Part shown: in pieces, positions 10,710 to 48,750 of the stretch | Position numbering within the stretch: position 1 is the stretch's first letter | Layout of the letters: the number at the start of each line of letters is the position of its first letter | Assembly: GCA_013239625.1 (NCBI GenBank) | Contig: MU056262.1 | Location: forward strand, 9,152,134 to 9,216,133 | Origin: Lama guanicoe | Taxonomy: Eukaryota | Direction: 5' to 3' | Length of the DNA: 64,000 nucleotides | The notes under the pieces: model-generated | Database searches by the model: none | Told to the model about the DNA's origin: nothing | Seen by the model: only the letters and a program-made list of their open reading frames with translations | Program-made: the position numbers and the translations under genes

Positions 10710-13117
10710 TCACTCCACATCCATGGCCTGCACCGTTTCCTCCAAGAGCTCCAGGGTCAGTGGCATCACTGTTTCGGACAGGACGGCTGTGGTCCCAGGG
10801 ACAAAGCGGTACTGGCTGGACCTGGGAAGGAGAAGGGATGACCTCGCAACATGGGCCCATCACGTGGCCCATCCTCTCTTTGCAGCCCCCTATCTCCCTT
10901 GCTACCACCCCATCCTCCCCTGTGGTCCCCCGTCTCCATGCTCCTACCTTTCTATGGGCTTTGTGGGAGAGCTCAGTGTTCTCAGCAGCTTGGCACCAGT
11001 CCCCGTGATCACACATGCATCCACACTGCCCCCAGAGCCCAGGTCACCCAGGATCCCTGCAGTGATGGCTTCCACTAGCAGCCCCTGTGCTGCCTCCAGC
11101 TGTAATGATGTGTGTGTATATGAAGCTGGGTGGACCCTTCTGGTATCACCCTCAGGCTACAACCTTGAGACTTTGTTAATCTTTAAGCCTGGACTACTTA
11201 CCATTTGCTCACACCCAAACCCTTCTCTTCCCCTACACCCCCGTCTCCACCCCAAGCTCCTCTTTCTTTGTTTTAGGTTTCCTTCTCTCCAGAGACCCTG
11301 TGTTCCCACTGCCCCCCATCTTCACAAACTACTCTGAGTCACAGATATGGCTCTTGCCTGTCCACCCACCCAAGGTGGTCTTAGCCCCCGGACCCCGGCT
11401 CACTGCCTTTTTCTTTCTGGGCCTTAGACAGCTTTGAAGCAACGTCTTCTGCTTCCATCCACCACAAACAAAATCCACCAGCCCCCACCTGCTAGTCCCT
11501 CCTCCCTCAGCTCCAAATGGTTCTCTCTGACTTTCGACTTCTGGAGTGCAGTCCAAGCTTTGGCACTGACAGTGGTCTGCTGGAGTAGCACTTCTCCACC
11601 CTCACTCCACTGGCCCCTCAGTCTCCACTTAGTCGTCACCTCCCAGAAGCCCTTCCCGACTTCCAGACTAGGCCGGGGTACCTCTACGTTTCCCCAGCTC
11701 CCGGGGGGACTTCCCACCAATGCACGCAGAGTGGGGGGCGGGTGTCGCTCACCGTCATGTTCGGCTGGAACCGGTCCTCCAGCACTGCCAGGGCTGCGTC
11801 TTGGCCGGAGCCTGCAGGCAGGAGGGGTGTCTGAGGTTAGCCTCGGCCGCCCCGTCGCGGGACAAACGTGAGGCCAGGGTCACATGGGCGGGGTTCGTGG
11901 GGAAGGGGCGCAAGTGCTTACCCAGGGCCGTGAAGGGCAGACGGCTGTAAGAGCCATGGGGGTGCACGCTGTAGAGCTGCGGCCCTGTGAAGTCTACGCC
12001 ACCCACGATCAGCGAAGCCCCGACGTAGCCACGGTACCTTTTCGCGGAGTGGGCGCAGTCAGCCGAACGCACACGGATCCAGGTCCCGCCTCTCCACTAT
12101 TCCACCCCTGAACCGAGCCCCGCCCCTTCCCGTGGTCTTGCGCCCCATGACCAGCATCGCTTCTTCCTGTTGCTCTCTTAGCTCCTCTTAGGCCCGCCTC
12201 TTCCGGTCTCCCAGACCCTCGCAGCCTGGCCCTTTTTCCTGGTTTACCTCCTCAGCCCCGCCCTCCCCGCAACTGCCCCTCCCCAGAGTCATCTTAGTCC
12301 TGCCCCAATACCGGAAGAGCGTCTGGCGAAGGATGCGCGTGACCGTGGCCACTCGGGGCTCCCTGCCCGTGGACAGCGTGTGTAACTCTATGTTGGACGC
12401 CGCCATCCGCGTGGTCATCTCGGCGTCCGCGGCTACTCCAGCCCCACAGCAGCTGAGGGTGAAGGGAGGGTCAGTATGGGCGGGGCTAGGATGTGCGGGG
12501 ACTCGGGATGGGAACGATGGGGTGGTTCTTGAGTGGGGGAACCAGGCCCGGGAATTCTCACTAGATTTTGGGGGCGATGAAGTGGATCTTTTCGCAGCTC
12601 TTGTCCGCCACGACTGAATCGTCAGTGGCCCGCGTATCCGCGCCCAGTATGACCCCGTCCTGGGGAGAGGGGCGAAGAGGAGGAGCCGTTGGCTCAGTGC
12701 CCACCTCCCATTGCCGGCCGGCCCACTAAGCCGCACAGTCCAATTCCCTGCTCACTTGGAACACAAGGCCTGCGATGGTGGTCCCGGTCTTGCGTGCATG
12801 AGGGACCCGGAGCCCCGGGAGGGCGCGTTCCAAGGATGCGTTTCTGAAAACAGAAGAGAGTGGCCCAGGTTTCAGTTCTTCTGGGACCCCATCACATCCC
12901 TCGACTCCTTCCTGGTCTCCCTCACCTGGGGAAGGCCTGGGAATCCAAGTCGTACAACACACGTACCCTCCCCCAAACTCGCCCCAGTAATTTTAAAGGC
13001 TCTGGGACTCTCACTCCCGGATGCCCTCACAGCATTCGGGACCAACCATCCCCTAACTGACCTCTGGCAGTTACCGAAGGAGAAGCCCCCTCGGGGCTCT
13101 AGCGCCTTCTTCTGCAT
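10710..13117 (-). CDS. PSMB10: Immunoproteasome subunit beta-2i (MECL-1), 8 exons, 273 aa
   Basis: Exons 13117-13062, 12843-12756, 12659-12562, 12452-12312, 12037-11922, 11811-11753, 11099-10948, 10821-10710 sum to 822 nt with GT-AG introns. [14 protein letters not shown]...[12 protein letters not shown] (catalytic Thr1)...VQAMDVE*. Confidence 0.97.
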
Positions 13118-13250
13118 CTCCAGGTGGGCAGGGCAGTCCAAGGGGTTGGGGGTCGATGGTCAGACGAGTGGAATCAGCACCGAGCCGGGAAGGCGGCAGC
13201 CTTGTCCTCTGGGCTCTACGTCTGATGCTTCCCCTTTCGCTTTCACCTTT
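11700..13250. promoter_or_regulatory. CpG-rich region over the 5' half of PSMB10
   Basis: High CG dinucleotide density by eye, especially 11700-12850. Confidence 0.7.
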
Positions 13251-13295
13251 CCTCAAAGCATGCTGGCCCCTTTCTGCACCTTCTCTTTCACTTTC
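13235..13295 (-). promoter_or_regulatory. Two IRF-binding ISRE-like elements in the PSMB10 promoter
   Basis: GAAAGCGAAA (13235-13244) and GAAAGTGAAA (13286-13295) on the minus strand, 120-180 bp upstream of the ATG. PSMB10 is an established IFN-gamma/IRF1 target. Confidence 0.8.
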
Positions 13296-14609
13296 ACCTC
13301 TGGTCCTCGGCAGCTTGGGCTGGAGAAGATGTTGTTTGCCTGGCTCTCCCTTCCCAGCCCCGTCTGAACAGAGGGACAAATCTCTCCCTTCTGGCCATTG
13401 TCCAGACTGAGCCTTGAGCTATGCGTACCCTGACACCAGTCCTAACCTCAAGTCTCAATGCCCTAAGGCTGTCACACTGACCAGGTCTCTGTTCTCATTG
13501 TTACTGGCCTTCAAACAGCATCAGGCATGGCTGCCTTTTGTCCTTTGTCACCCACCTCCTGACTCCTGTCTCTCTTTTGTTGCCTTTGCCTTCTCCCTGA
13601 AACCTCAAACACCAAAGCTCAATCCTCAGCCAAAGTGGTGCTGACCCTTCCATCTTCCTTGTCTCAGGTGCTGTCTTCCCTCTGTCAAGAGGGGAACTGT
13701 GGCTGTCCATCTGGTGGCCCGTAGGCATGCTGAGCTCTACCCATGGCCAAGCCTTATTTCACCTCCCAAGTGACCTTTTTTTTAATCCACATCTTTCTCA
13801 TTACCCCTTGTCTCAGCTGGCATACTCTCTCCCCTGGATATTGCACTGGCCTCCCTGGCTTTCCCACAACTTTTGCCTCACATCCCCCACCCCAGGCTAC
13901 ACTCTACCTTTCAGAGAGGCTTTTCTAGATTGAAAATCTGGTCACACTTTCCCTGGTTAAACCCTTCAGCAGCTGCACACTGCTCTTAGGCTCAAACCAG
14001 TCTTTACAGAGGCCCATGTTACTCATTCTCCTGGTCTCAGCATAGGCACCGCCTCCTCTGGGGGAGCCTACCCTGACCCACAAGACCCACCTCCTTGTTG
14101 CTCCACAAACTCTGTTCTCAGACTACTTAGTTCCATCAATTAAAGTTAAACCTTCAGTAGTGAAATGACTTGTTTAGTGGCTGTCACCCTCCCAGATTCT
14201 AAGTTCTTGTGCTTCTGTCACCTACCTAGCACTCAAAAGGCCTATCTAGAGGTGGGGTCTCGCCTGCCCTTTTGGGAGCTAGGAGGGACAGCTCTGATCT
14301 TCCCCATCCTGCACCCTTGGCTCCATGTAAACCTATTCCACAGCTGTGTGTGCAGCTCCTCCAGTCCTCATGCCCCTAGCAGAGGCAGGCACAAGGCAGG
14401 CTGCCTAAACAACTCAACCAGGAGAGTGGGAAGCTGTACTGTCAAGGTGCCCTGTTCAATCCCAGGCTTTAGGAAAGCCCACCTTGTCCTGTGCTCCACA
14501 AAGCACCAGACCTGCAGCTCGTGATGAATGAATCCTGGTGTGTGGCACCTAATGCCTCCCTCTCACCCCACAATACACATGTCAGGGCTTATAGCAGCAG
14601 AGGAAGTCT

Positions 14610-17964
<3,355 letters not shown>

Positions 17965-18038
17965 TCAGTTCCGCCTTCTTCCCTTGGCGCCAGGGGAAAC
18001 AGAGCCGGGGCAGCAGGAGGCCCAGAAGTAAACAATGT

Positions 18039-18044
18039 TTTATT
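18039..18044 (-). terminator. SLC12A4 polyadenylation signal
   Basis: AATAAA on the minus strand about 460 nt after the stop and about 240 nt upstream of the LCAT ATG. Confidence 0.8.
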
Positions 18045-18504
18045 GAAAAAAGTCAGGCTTCAGCTGGCTAGCTCCATTCAGCTCGGCTTGGCGGGGGGTC
18101 CCTGCCCACAGTAGCCTGAGCCAGATCTTCCTGCAGGCAGGCTGGGCCAGACCCCTCCTTTGTTGCCCTTTCCCTCCTCTCTGTTGGTGACATCCGAACA
18201 ATAAATATGCAATAAATAGTGCTCCTGGTACAGCTGCCTTCAAACCCCACGTCAGCCCCCACCAGTCTTCTCCAGCCAGGGCCAGCCTCCTGGGGTGCTG
18301 AACAGGAAAGTCCCCAAACCTCTCAGGATCCTGTAGGACCTTGGGTCCATCTCCATTGCTAGGCCTGGGCCCAGTCTCCAAGGAGACCTAGCAAATTTGG
18401 GCCCAGGGCAGGGCTGGGCAAAGCAGGGCTGGTGGGTGGATGCTGGAAGGGGGCTGTTTGTTACCCTGGACTTCTCCACTCTAGGCCACAAGTCTGTATT
18501 GGGC

Positions 18505-39924
<21,420 letters not shown>

Positions 39925-42029
39925 CTCGCGCGCTCTCGGCCCTGCCGCGTCTGCCGCCCCTGCCGCCTGCTCGGCTGTCCCCGCCGCCCCAGGCCCGCGC
40001 GCCCCGCCCGTTCGCATTCCTCCCTGCTGTGCTCACTTCCTCCGCCCGCCCCCCCGGGCCGCCCCTCGGGGGCGGGGAGCAGGAGGGGCTCAGCGGGCTC
40101 CTCCCTAAGGGGGGCCCAGGCGGAGTGAAGCCCCCCCCCCCCCGAGGCAGGAGTACTACTCGCTGTATGCCTTGGGGAGAGCCAATTCCTGTGTGACCTT
40201 GGATAGTGAGCTGCCCTCTCTGAGCCTCAGTTGCAGTACTTGTAAAATGGGAAAATGGCACTTCCACCTCTTGGGGCTTCTCCGTGAGATGGGGCGCGCT
40301 GGCTCTACGCTCTGTGCCTAGTGAGCGCTGAGTGACAATTCTGTTATTTAAGGACGGGAAAGGTAGGCAGGACCGCAGAGGTCATTTCAGTCCTGCCCAG
40401 GGCCTCCCGCTATTCCTGGGTATCCCTCCCCATTTTCATCATCTCTGTCTCCTACCTTTTCTCCGCGTCTCTGGAAGCTGAACCCCCGGAAAGTTCCTGT
40501 CCCATCCCCCGTACCCTCCAGTGCGGGGGATTCCTGCCCTTTCACTAGAGGCTGCTTCCTCCTCGGTAGGAAGGACACCCGTCCCTCTTGCCCAGCCCCA
40601 TTTGCCTCTTTGGACACTGAATTGGATTCTTTAGCTAAGTTCTTTCATCTTAATGTTTACTGTCTCACCTCCTGAGGGTTCCTTTACCCAAGCAATTTAT
40701 TTTTTTGCCTTTAACTTTTCTTTCACTTTCTACTCCACTGCTTCAGGTAACTTATCCAGTTGGCTTTACTTTAACATCTTTATCTTTCAAGGTTATCCTT
40801 TCAGCTGTTTCTCTATCAGAAAACCCCAGAGCCCACCTCTGTCTCCATTTTTCTCCCTTTTATGACTCAGAGGGCTTTAGAATATCAGAACTAGTGGTAT
40901 CTTCCCAACCTGCCTCACACTCTGAGCCTCCAGCTCTGAAGTGGATTCAGGGAACAGAGTCGCTGGGCCCTGCAGGAGGACCTCAGAACTGACCACCATT
41001 CTGCCCACTACCCTACAGTCATCCCAGACAGGGCCTGCTGACTTGACCTGTCCTTAACGCCACCTTCAGTTGCCCACAGCAGCAGCCTTCCCAGTGGACT
41101 CCCTGCTCATGGTAGAGCCATCTCTTCTGAAGAGAAAGCTCAGGCTCTTCTCTTGGCCCACAAGGCCCAGTCCCAACTGGCCCCTCCAACCCTCTAGCTG
41201 TATCTCTCCCCATCCTCCTCCCCAGCCTCAGCCTCTCTGGCCCCTTTCACTTTCCCAAACTTTAAGGAGTTTCTGTTCACTCTGACAGAGTGCTTTTCTA
41301 CCATCTGCCCTCACCACTCCTCTGTATGGAGGAGGTCTCAGCTTCGAGTACCACCTCCCCCACAGAAGGCTTCTCTGATACACACCCCACCTCCCCACCA
41401 CCCCACCTCCCTCTCCCCTGGATTGGGTTCCCCTGGGGCACTTTCAGAGGGCCCACTTCAGGGAGAAATGTGTTGGTGGGGATTTTTAATGTTTTTCATG
41501 CCCACTAGACTGTGGATTTTGCATGGGTAGAACCGTTTCAGTCTCATCACCTTGGTAGTCTCAGTCCCTAGCCCCAACACATTTTTTGAATAAAGAATGA
41601 ACATGTGCCCCCTGTTTGGTCTTCCCTGATGCTCTGCAAAGGTCCCTCATAGTTCCCACCCAGCCCCTACATGTGGCCTGTCTCCTCAGGGGTGGTATCA
41701 GGTGCTGTGTGAGGAAGATAGGTGACTATGGCCCAACTGACAAGCTGAGGCTCTGAGGGACTCTGGCTGGGGTACAGCTTCCCGATGCTATTGACTGATC
41801 AAGTAGCCTGCACCATCAGGCAAAAATAACTTAACAGGCAAAAGGAAACAGACATTTAAGAAACACAGACATTTCCAAAGAAAACATCTATCAGGAAAAT
41901 GATTAGAACGCATGGGTCAAAAATTCAAATTCGTTTAACAAACATATTAGAAAAGACAAGGTAGAATATTAGCAATATGAAACAAGAAAATACAAAAAAG
42001 AACAAGCAGAAATATAAGGTAGAGACAAA

Positions 42030-42520
42030 TATAATTATTCTAGTGATCTATTGCTACATAACAAATTATCCCAAAACAACAATCAACAAAAACATTTATT
42101 TGCTCACAAATCTGCATGTCAACAAAAGCTCCACACAGCTTCAGTTAAAGTCAGAGGATTCTCTTTCAAGATGACTCATTGAACATGACTAGCAAGTTGT
42201 TACTACTGGCTGTAGGTTAAGAGCTCAGTAGGGCTGTGGACCAGGGCATTGAGTCCTCTGCATGTGAACCTCTCGCTGGGCTGCTTGGCTTCCTCATAGT
42301 ATAGTGGCTACAGTCCATGAGTAAGTATCCTAAGAAGCAGGGAGTAGAAGCTGGCAGTTTCTCTAGAACTAGGCCTGCAAACAAGTGCAGCATCACTTCT
42401 GCCATATTTTGCTGGTAAATCAGTTACAGAGCCCAGATTCAAGGGATGGGGAGATATAGAGCCCATCTCTGGAGGGAGAAGTATCAAAGAAATACAGGAC
42501 CATGTATTAAAATTACCACA
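42030..42520. mobile_element. MaLR (MLT1-type) LTR remnant
   Basis: attgctacataacaaattatcccaaaac...atttgctcacaaatctgca...catcacttctgccatatt...cagattcaaggg matches MLT1 text as I recall it. Confidence 0.65.
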
Positions 42521-42754
42521 ATAATATCTGAAACAAAGAACACAATAGGTGATATAATAGCAGAAAGTTATAACAGAATGAGTTGATAAATTGGAAAGGC
42601 CAAATTGAGAAATTCTCCCAAAATTCCTTATGATAATATGATTCCCCAAATTATGGAGGATAGAAATAGAAGTTCTAATGTCTACACAATAGGAATCCCA
42701 GAAAAAGAATAAAATAAAGATGGAGAAAAAGTATAACATGAATGAATCATGACA

Positions 42755-42980
42755 ACATTAAGCTAACTATAAGAAGCCAGATACAAAGGTCACATATTAT
42801 ATGATTCCATTGTAAGAAATATCCAGAATAGGTAAATCCATACAGACAGAAAACAGACTGGTGTTTAGGGGGGACAAGGAAATGGGGAGTAACTGCTTAA
42901 TGGGTATAGGGTTTCTTTTAGGGTGGCTGAAATATTTTGGAACTAGATAGAGGGGTGGTTGTACAACATGGTGAGTGATA
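42755..42980 (+). mobile_element. L1M 3' fragment
   Basis: aagaagccagatacaaaggtcacatattatatgattccatt...aggtaaatccatacagacagaaa... Confidence 0.7.
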
Positions 42981-44308
42981 AACATAAATTAATTCTAATG
43001 CAATCCAATTTATCAGTCTTCTCCTGTGTCATTAATGCTTTTATGTCCAGTGTCCCTATGCTGAGGTTACAAATATATTTTCCTACACTAGCTTCTAAGA
43101 GTTTTATACTTTTGTCTTTTGCATTTGGATCAAAAACATTTTCAAATTAATTTTATTTTCTATGTTGTATTCAGCATGGTGTGAGCTAGGGGTCAATATT
43201 TTTTTTTTCCAAATGGATATGCAGTTGTCGCAGTTTGTCCTTATGGGTTCATCCTTGTTCTACTCCACCCCACATTCAGCTCTCCTTCTTAACTCTGGCC
43301 CAGCTTACCTGTACAGATTTAAGACCCAACACCAGATGCACAGGTGACAGCCTTTTCCATTGTCTCCGACATGTGCATAAAGTCTAATCCCTGTAAATCT
43401 CTTATTTTATATCTTCACTGTGGATCTATTTATCTGATCAGACTGATAAGATACTCTTAAAGTGGGAAAACTTACTCTACTAGATACCAAGACTTTTTTT
43501 TAAAGTTGCTGTAATTAAGATATTGCAGTATTGGTACTAGAATAAACAAATAGCTCAAATAAATGGAACAGAATTCAGACAGACTCACACATATATGGAC
43601 ACAATTTATAACATAGGTGGCACTGCAATCTCTCTCCCAATTTCAGGTTCCCATGGAAGTAACTTAGATCTGTCTCTGGCCCACCCTTGTGGTTTGGGAG
43701 AGGAAAGTGGCTAAAGATGGAGGGTCTGTAGAAAGCTGAGCAAATGGCACTAGTTTCCTTTTTTTTTTTTTTTCAAGATTTGATTTCCCCTCTCCTCCTC
43801 TAAAAAATCAGTTTAACAAAAAGTCAGAGGATCTTATCTGAAAAATCTAAAATCTTTACAAACTTTCTCTCTTGATATTTCCAAACAAGTTAGTTCATCC
43901 TATAAAAGGTATCACCTTCTTAAAAAAAAATTTAACATTTCAGAGAGAGATTGGTATCCAGCATCACACTCCATGATGGGATCAGATCTGAATGTGATTC
44001 CTTTGTGCTTTTCTGTGGGCTCAGGCTTCTGGCATAAGAATATGGTAAGATGCCTCTGCCCTTCCTGAGACAGACAAAGCTGGACGCCAATAGGAACCAC
44101 CCATCTTGAGCAGCTGGGGCTAGAACACAAGACCCCTTACCAACCAAGAGTCTACCAGACCCAAACCCCTCTCCCTGTGAAGAAGGAAGAACACTCACAC
44201 CTGGTTCCTACCCAAAATGTTTATTCTCAGCACGTGCTTGTGCCTGGATGACTAGGAGGGGAACTTCAGGAGACTCAGCCACAGTGACCTTTGTGGGGAC
44301 TGGCCAGG

Positions 44309-47300
44309 TCACGAGGGCCACAGGACGAAGACTGAGAAGGTGGCAGCAGCTACCAGGCCTAGGATGAAGTGTGGGGAGGCTTTGGAGGGCCTTTGGAGGG
44401 CTTGATTGGCCGGCCACTTGTTCATCTCTGGGTGTGAGACCAGGTGTTCACTCTGAGGCTGAGTCAGGAGGTGGGAGTGGCAGGACCTGCCCATCTGCCT
44501 GTTTGGAAATTCATCCTCCCAAGGGCTCTGGCCACTGCTTTCCTCTCTCACCTGGGGGTGGAAGTCAGCATTTGGTGGCTTCCACAGCACCCGTACCCCT
44601 CACCTGCTCAAACCTCTGATCCATCTTTTGCCCAGCCCAGCATACCTGTTCCACTTGTCTGAAGACCCGCAGCAGATTTCCACGAAGGACACCCTGAAGC
44701 TCTTCTTCCCTCCAGCCTCGTCTCAGCAACTCCTCTATCAGTACCGGGTATGTGGATACGTCCTCCAGCCCCTGAGGGAACCTGTGTGGCTGTCAGCTGG
44801 CTAGCTGTGGAACCTCTGCCCCAGTCTTGGTCTAGGTCCCACTGTAGCATCAGCCCCAATCACATATGGGAAATGTTCTTCAGGCTACTGAATGCAGCTT
44901 TGGAAGCTCCTTGCAGACTGGAACTCTGCAGCAACTACCCGCTGAGCAGATGCTCTGCCCACAGCAGATCTACTGGGCTGGGAGTGGAACATGTGCTGGG
45001 CGGACAAGCTCTCATGGAAGAGGGTGGGGTACTTAACAACTGTTATGACCTGGAGTGGGAATGGGTGCACGGGGCCACAGGAGGGACAGGGAGAGTCTGG
45101 GAAACAGGCCCTGGAAGTGGGGAGATGTCAGGTGGGTTGAAAGACCAGACCTTGTGGTGGAGGCGGGAAGAATGGGAGGATCATGGGATGGGGAACTGAG
45201 ACTAAAGGATTCCCCACTATACCCTGGCCCAAGACAAACCCCAGGGAAACACTCACCGGCCAGATCCATCATAATTTCCACTAATCCCGATGAACTCAGA
45301 TCCAATGACTGCCCTGATGTGGTCGAAGTGATCTAGGGGGTGAGGGTTAGTGGTGGGCAGCACAAGGCTGGAGTTAGACCCTGGGACCAGCCCTGCTCTG
45401 GGGAAGCTCAGCCTGGCCAATTTCCTTGCCCACAGCACTCCAGGACATAGCAGCCAACTCCACGGAACTCCTGGCCTGTTGTGAGTTCTGAAGTGACCAA
45501 GGCTAGACACTGGACCTAGAGTGAACCTCCGAGACACCCACTCCTTTGGCCCTTTTCCTGCCCAGAAGCCACGCTTCCTCTGGGTTCCTTAAAAGCCTGG
45601 CCAGCGCTCTGCCTGTCCTAGTCCAGAGATGTGGGAGCAAAAGTGAGACTCAGAGGCACAGGCTATTACTGCCCCCAAATGCATCAGCACTGATTGTGGC
45701 CCCAGATCCAGGTAGCAGTGAAGAGCTGTATCTGCTCCCCTGGGCTGTTGGAAGGCTTGCCCGGAGCCCAGCAGGTGTGCTAAATGGCTTGAGCTGTCCT
45801 GAGGGCCCCAGCAGCCACAGGCCAAGCTAGAACTGCCCAAGGGGTCGAAGTGGGGCTCACCTGCCACAGTGGACACGTCAGCAAACAGGTTACACTGCAG
45901 CACCCCCATGGACAGCGACACCATCACAATGCCACCGTTATTCTTCTACAAGGATAAATTAATGGACACTCAGCTTGGCCTTACTGGCCTGATGGCCTGC
46001 CACCTATGCCCTGGGAGCCCTTGTAGGACAAGTGCTTAGTCTTGGCTTCAGGGATTGGGAAAGGCTTCATCTCTGTGGGTCCTTGGGTGGAAATTTTGGC
46101 CTTGAGTTTCAGGGATGGGGGAGGGTTAACCAGCCTTGGGTCCAGGGATAAGTGAGGCCTGGGTGGGTAGCTTTGTTCAGAGTCAAGGAACTTTGGATGA
46201 AGCATGCCCAGCCCTGGGTTTGAGGACTAGGGTGGCTGCTCACCAGGAGTTGCAGGATGTCATCGGGAACATTCAGCATATTGTCACATACAGCTCTGGC
46301 AGCTGAGTGGGAGAAGATCACAGGAGCCCTTGACACCTTCAGGGCTTGCCGCATCAAGGTGTCCGACCCATAGGACAAGTCCACCATCATGCCCAGGCGG
46401 TTCATTTCCCCTATTACCTTCTGCAGGGACAGTTTTTTTTTTTTTGAGGGGGCAGGGATCAGGAGGGACGCAGGAATGTGTGCATATCTGTAGGGAATGG
46501 GTGGGGTAGGGTATGGAACAGGAGTCCTTACCTCACCAAAGCTTGTCAATCCACTGATGTTGGTGTAGAAGTGGTGTTTAAACTTGGTGGAACTCTCTGC
46601 CCTGCAGGACAGCCGGAGGATGGCAATCTAGCAGGCTATACCTTGGCCAACAAAGCCTGGATATCCAGGCTCTTTGTCCATCCATCCCACCTCCAGAACA
46701 GGGGGAGGATCCAGACCAGCTGCTTTCTGGAAGTGTGTGGGACCCACTGGGAGTCCAAGCTTCCTTCTGTGGACCTCTCTCTCCTCACCAATTTGGCAGT
46801 TTACCCACCATGCTGTCAACCATTCCACCCTGGGCAGGCACTCTGCTCACCAGGGCGTGCTGCAGGTGAAGGTGAGTGTCAGGTAGCGTACTCCCAGCAG
46901 ATAGAAACTGCGTAGCACAGAGAGGCTGCTGTCTATTGAGTGACCACCCTCCACGCCAATAAGGCACGCCAGCTTTTGAGTACTGTTCAGACCTAACAAG
47001 AGGGTGGAGAATTGAGTGGTCAGACCTCAGGGCCAGAACCATTGGAGTGAGTCCCTGACTACCCTCCCGTTCCTCAGCTCACCTGTGGCTGAGGTCACAA
47101 GCTCCAGTTCAGAGTAGGACGCACACATGCGATGAATGAGGTCAATCTGCTCCAGAGTGAGGCGCACAGCATCCTCGTCCTGGCATGGGGTGTAGGCTGA
47201 CCAGAACTAGGGGTTGGCCCAAGGTTCCAGAATGAGATCAGGGTGGTCTCCAGTGCCCTTGGCCTGCCACTCCTCCTTGCCCACCAAGGTATTCATTTGG

Positions 47301-48371
47301 GTCAGTGGCCTCGACTGAGGCACTACGTGACCCAAGGTACTTTGATGACTATTCAGCTTGCTGCCAGAGGCCCAACTAGAATCGTGACACATCATTGCCT
47401 GCTGTTGGTCCATGTGCTGTGTGAGTGCCCAAGGCCAATCCACCATATCCTTTGTGCTTCCAGCAGCCTCCACACTCACCAGGGATTTTCTGATCACTTT
47501 CTGTGTGTCTCCACGGAACCTGGGCACCCATGCAGCTGGCCTGTCTTGATCTCCAACACTCCCCATCCCCTAGCAGCCACAGGATGGCACATTGCCTCCT
47601 ATCATAGTCACCCATGGCTCATGCACCCAGGTTCCTGTGCCCCCCACCACCTTCCTCAGGGGCCATTATGTGTCCCTGCAGTACCTGTGCACCCACGAGG
47701 CCATCCCTAAGCCTGTCCAGGTTGGTCTGGCCAAGACTGAAATTGCGTAGGTTGACATTTTGCAGCTTGTTTTGGAGAACCTCCTTTAGAAGCATGGGCA
47801 GGTGATTGTGGCTGAGGGTATCAAGACAAAGTTAGAGAGGGGATATGGCCTGCAGGTCAGGCAGGACATGTCAGCATGCCTGGGCATCGTGTCCTTTCCC
47901 AGCCCACCTCCCCACCTCATACAGATGATAGTCCTGAGGCACAGTTTTTAAGTGGGGGGTTCCACCAGCAACAGGGAAATGGCAGGAAAGGAAGAGAAAG
48001 GATTGGTGGTGAGGGGCCCTTCTCACTAGCCATTCACACTCAGGACCTCCTTCCATGCCCAGGGGCAAATTCAGCCCCACCAGCTGGCACACTGCACCTA
48101 CGCACCCATCCACCAGCCGGAAGACCCGCATCAGGGCCAGAGTGCGCTCCCGCAGACTCGGGGCTCTGGGGGTGCCTGGAGCTGTCGGGGCGCTGGAGGT
48201 GACCGGCCTGGTGGAGGCGCTAGGGGTTTCCAACATGGTCGGGGTGCTGGGGGCACCCGGCGTGGTCTGGACTTGGGTTACCGGCCGCAGCAGCAGACAC
48301 AGCAGGAGCAGCAGACACAGGAGAGGCCGCCGGCTGATCGCGTAGGGACCATCAAGGCCTATGGTCCGCAT
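44309..48371 (-). CDS. DPEP3: Dipeptidase 3 (GPI-anchored, M19 family), 10 coding exons, about 481 aa
   Basis: Exons 48371-48106, 47811-47685, 47206-47083, 46992-46851, 46601-46532, 46420-46244, 45945-45861, 45332-45257, 44781-44646, 44551-44309 sum to 1446 nt in frame. DPEP3-type residues LTFTC, DLSY, GNYDG. Hydrophobic C-terminal GPI signal. AATAAA at 44220-44225. Confidence 0.93.
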
Positions 48372-48750
48372 GCTGCGCGGGGCTAGGGAGGCGGGCAGAG
48401 GCCGGTCTCCGGGGCCTGAGAGAAGCAGGCCAGGGATAGAGGGCGACGATGGGGTCCCGACCATCGATGTAGGTGCCCCAGCAGTGAGGCCTCGTGAGGA
48501 GAGGGCTGGAGTCAGGACGCTCCACAGACGCACGGGGATCCGCAATGCCGCCGCACAGCACGGCCGCCAGGGGACGGTAGGCCCGTCCCGCACCAACTAG
48601 GAGGGCGTCCCAGCAGGCCAAGCCGGCCTCTGCGCGAGCGCCCACTAGCGACGCATCGCGGGCTCCCTTCGCCCCTGCTTCCGGCCCTGCATCCACCCGC
48701 TGCGAGCTCCGTGGTCCTACTGATTCCCGGAGGAGGTCAGCGCGGGGAAT
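48100..48750. promoter_or_regulatory. CpG island at the DPEP3 5' end
   Basis: Dense CpG by eye. Confidence 0.75.

Noticed and set aside
47871-48596. N-terminally extended DPEP3 ORF
   Set aside because: The upstream start is non-ATG, and ATG 48371 directly precedes the signal peptide. The 3' part is intron read-through.
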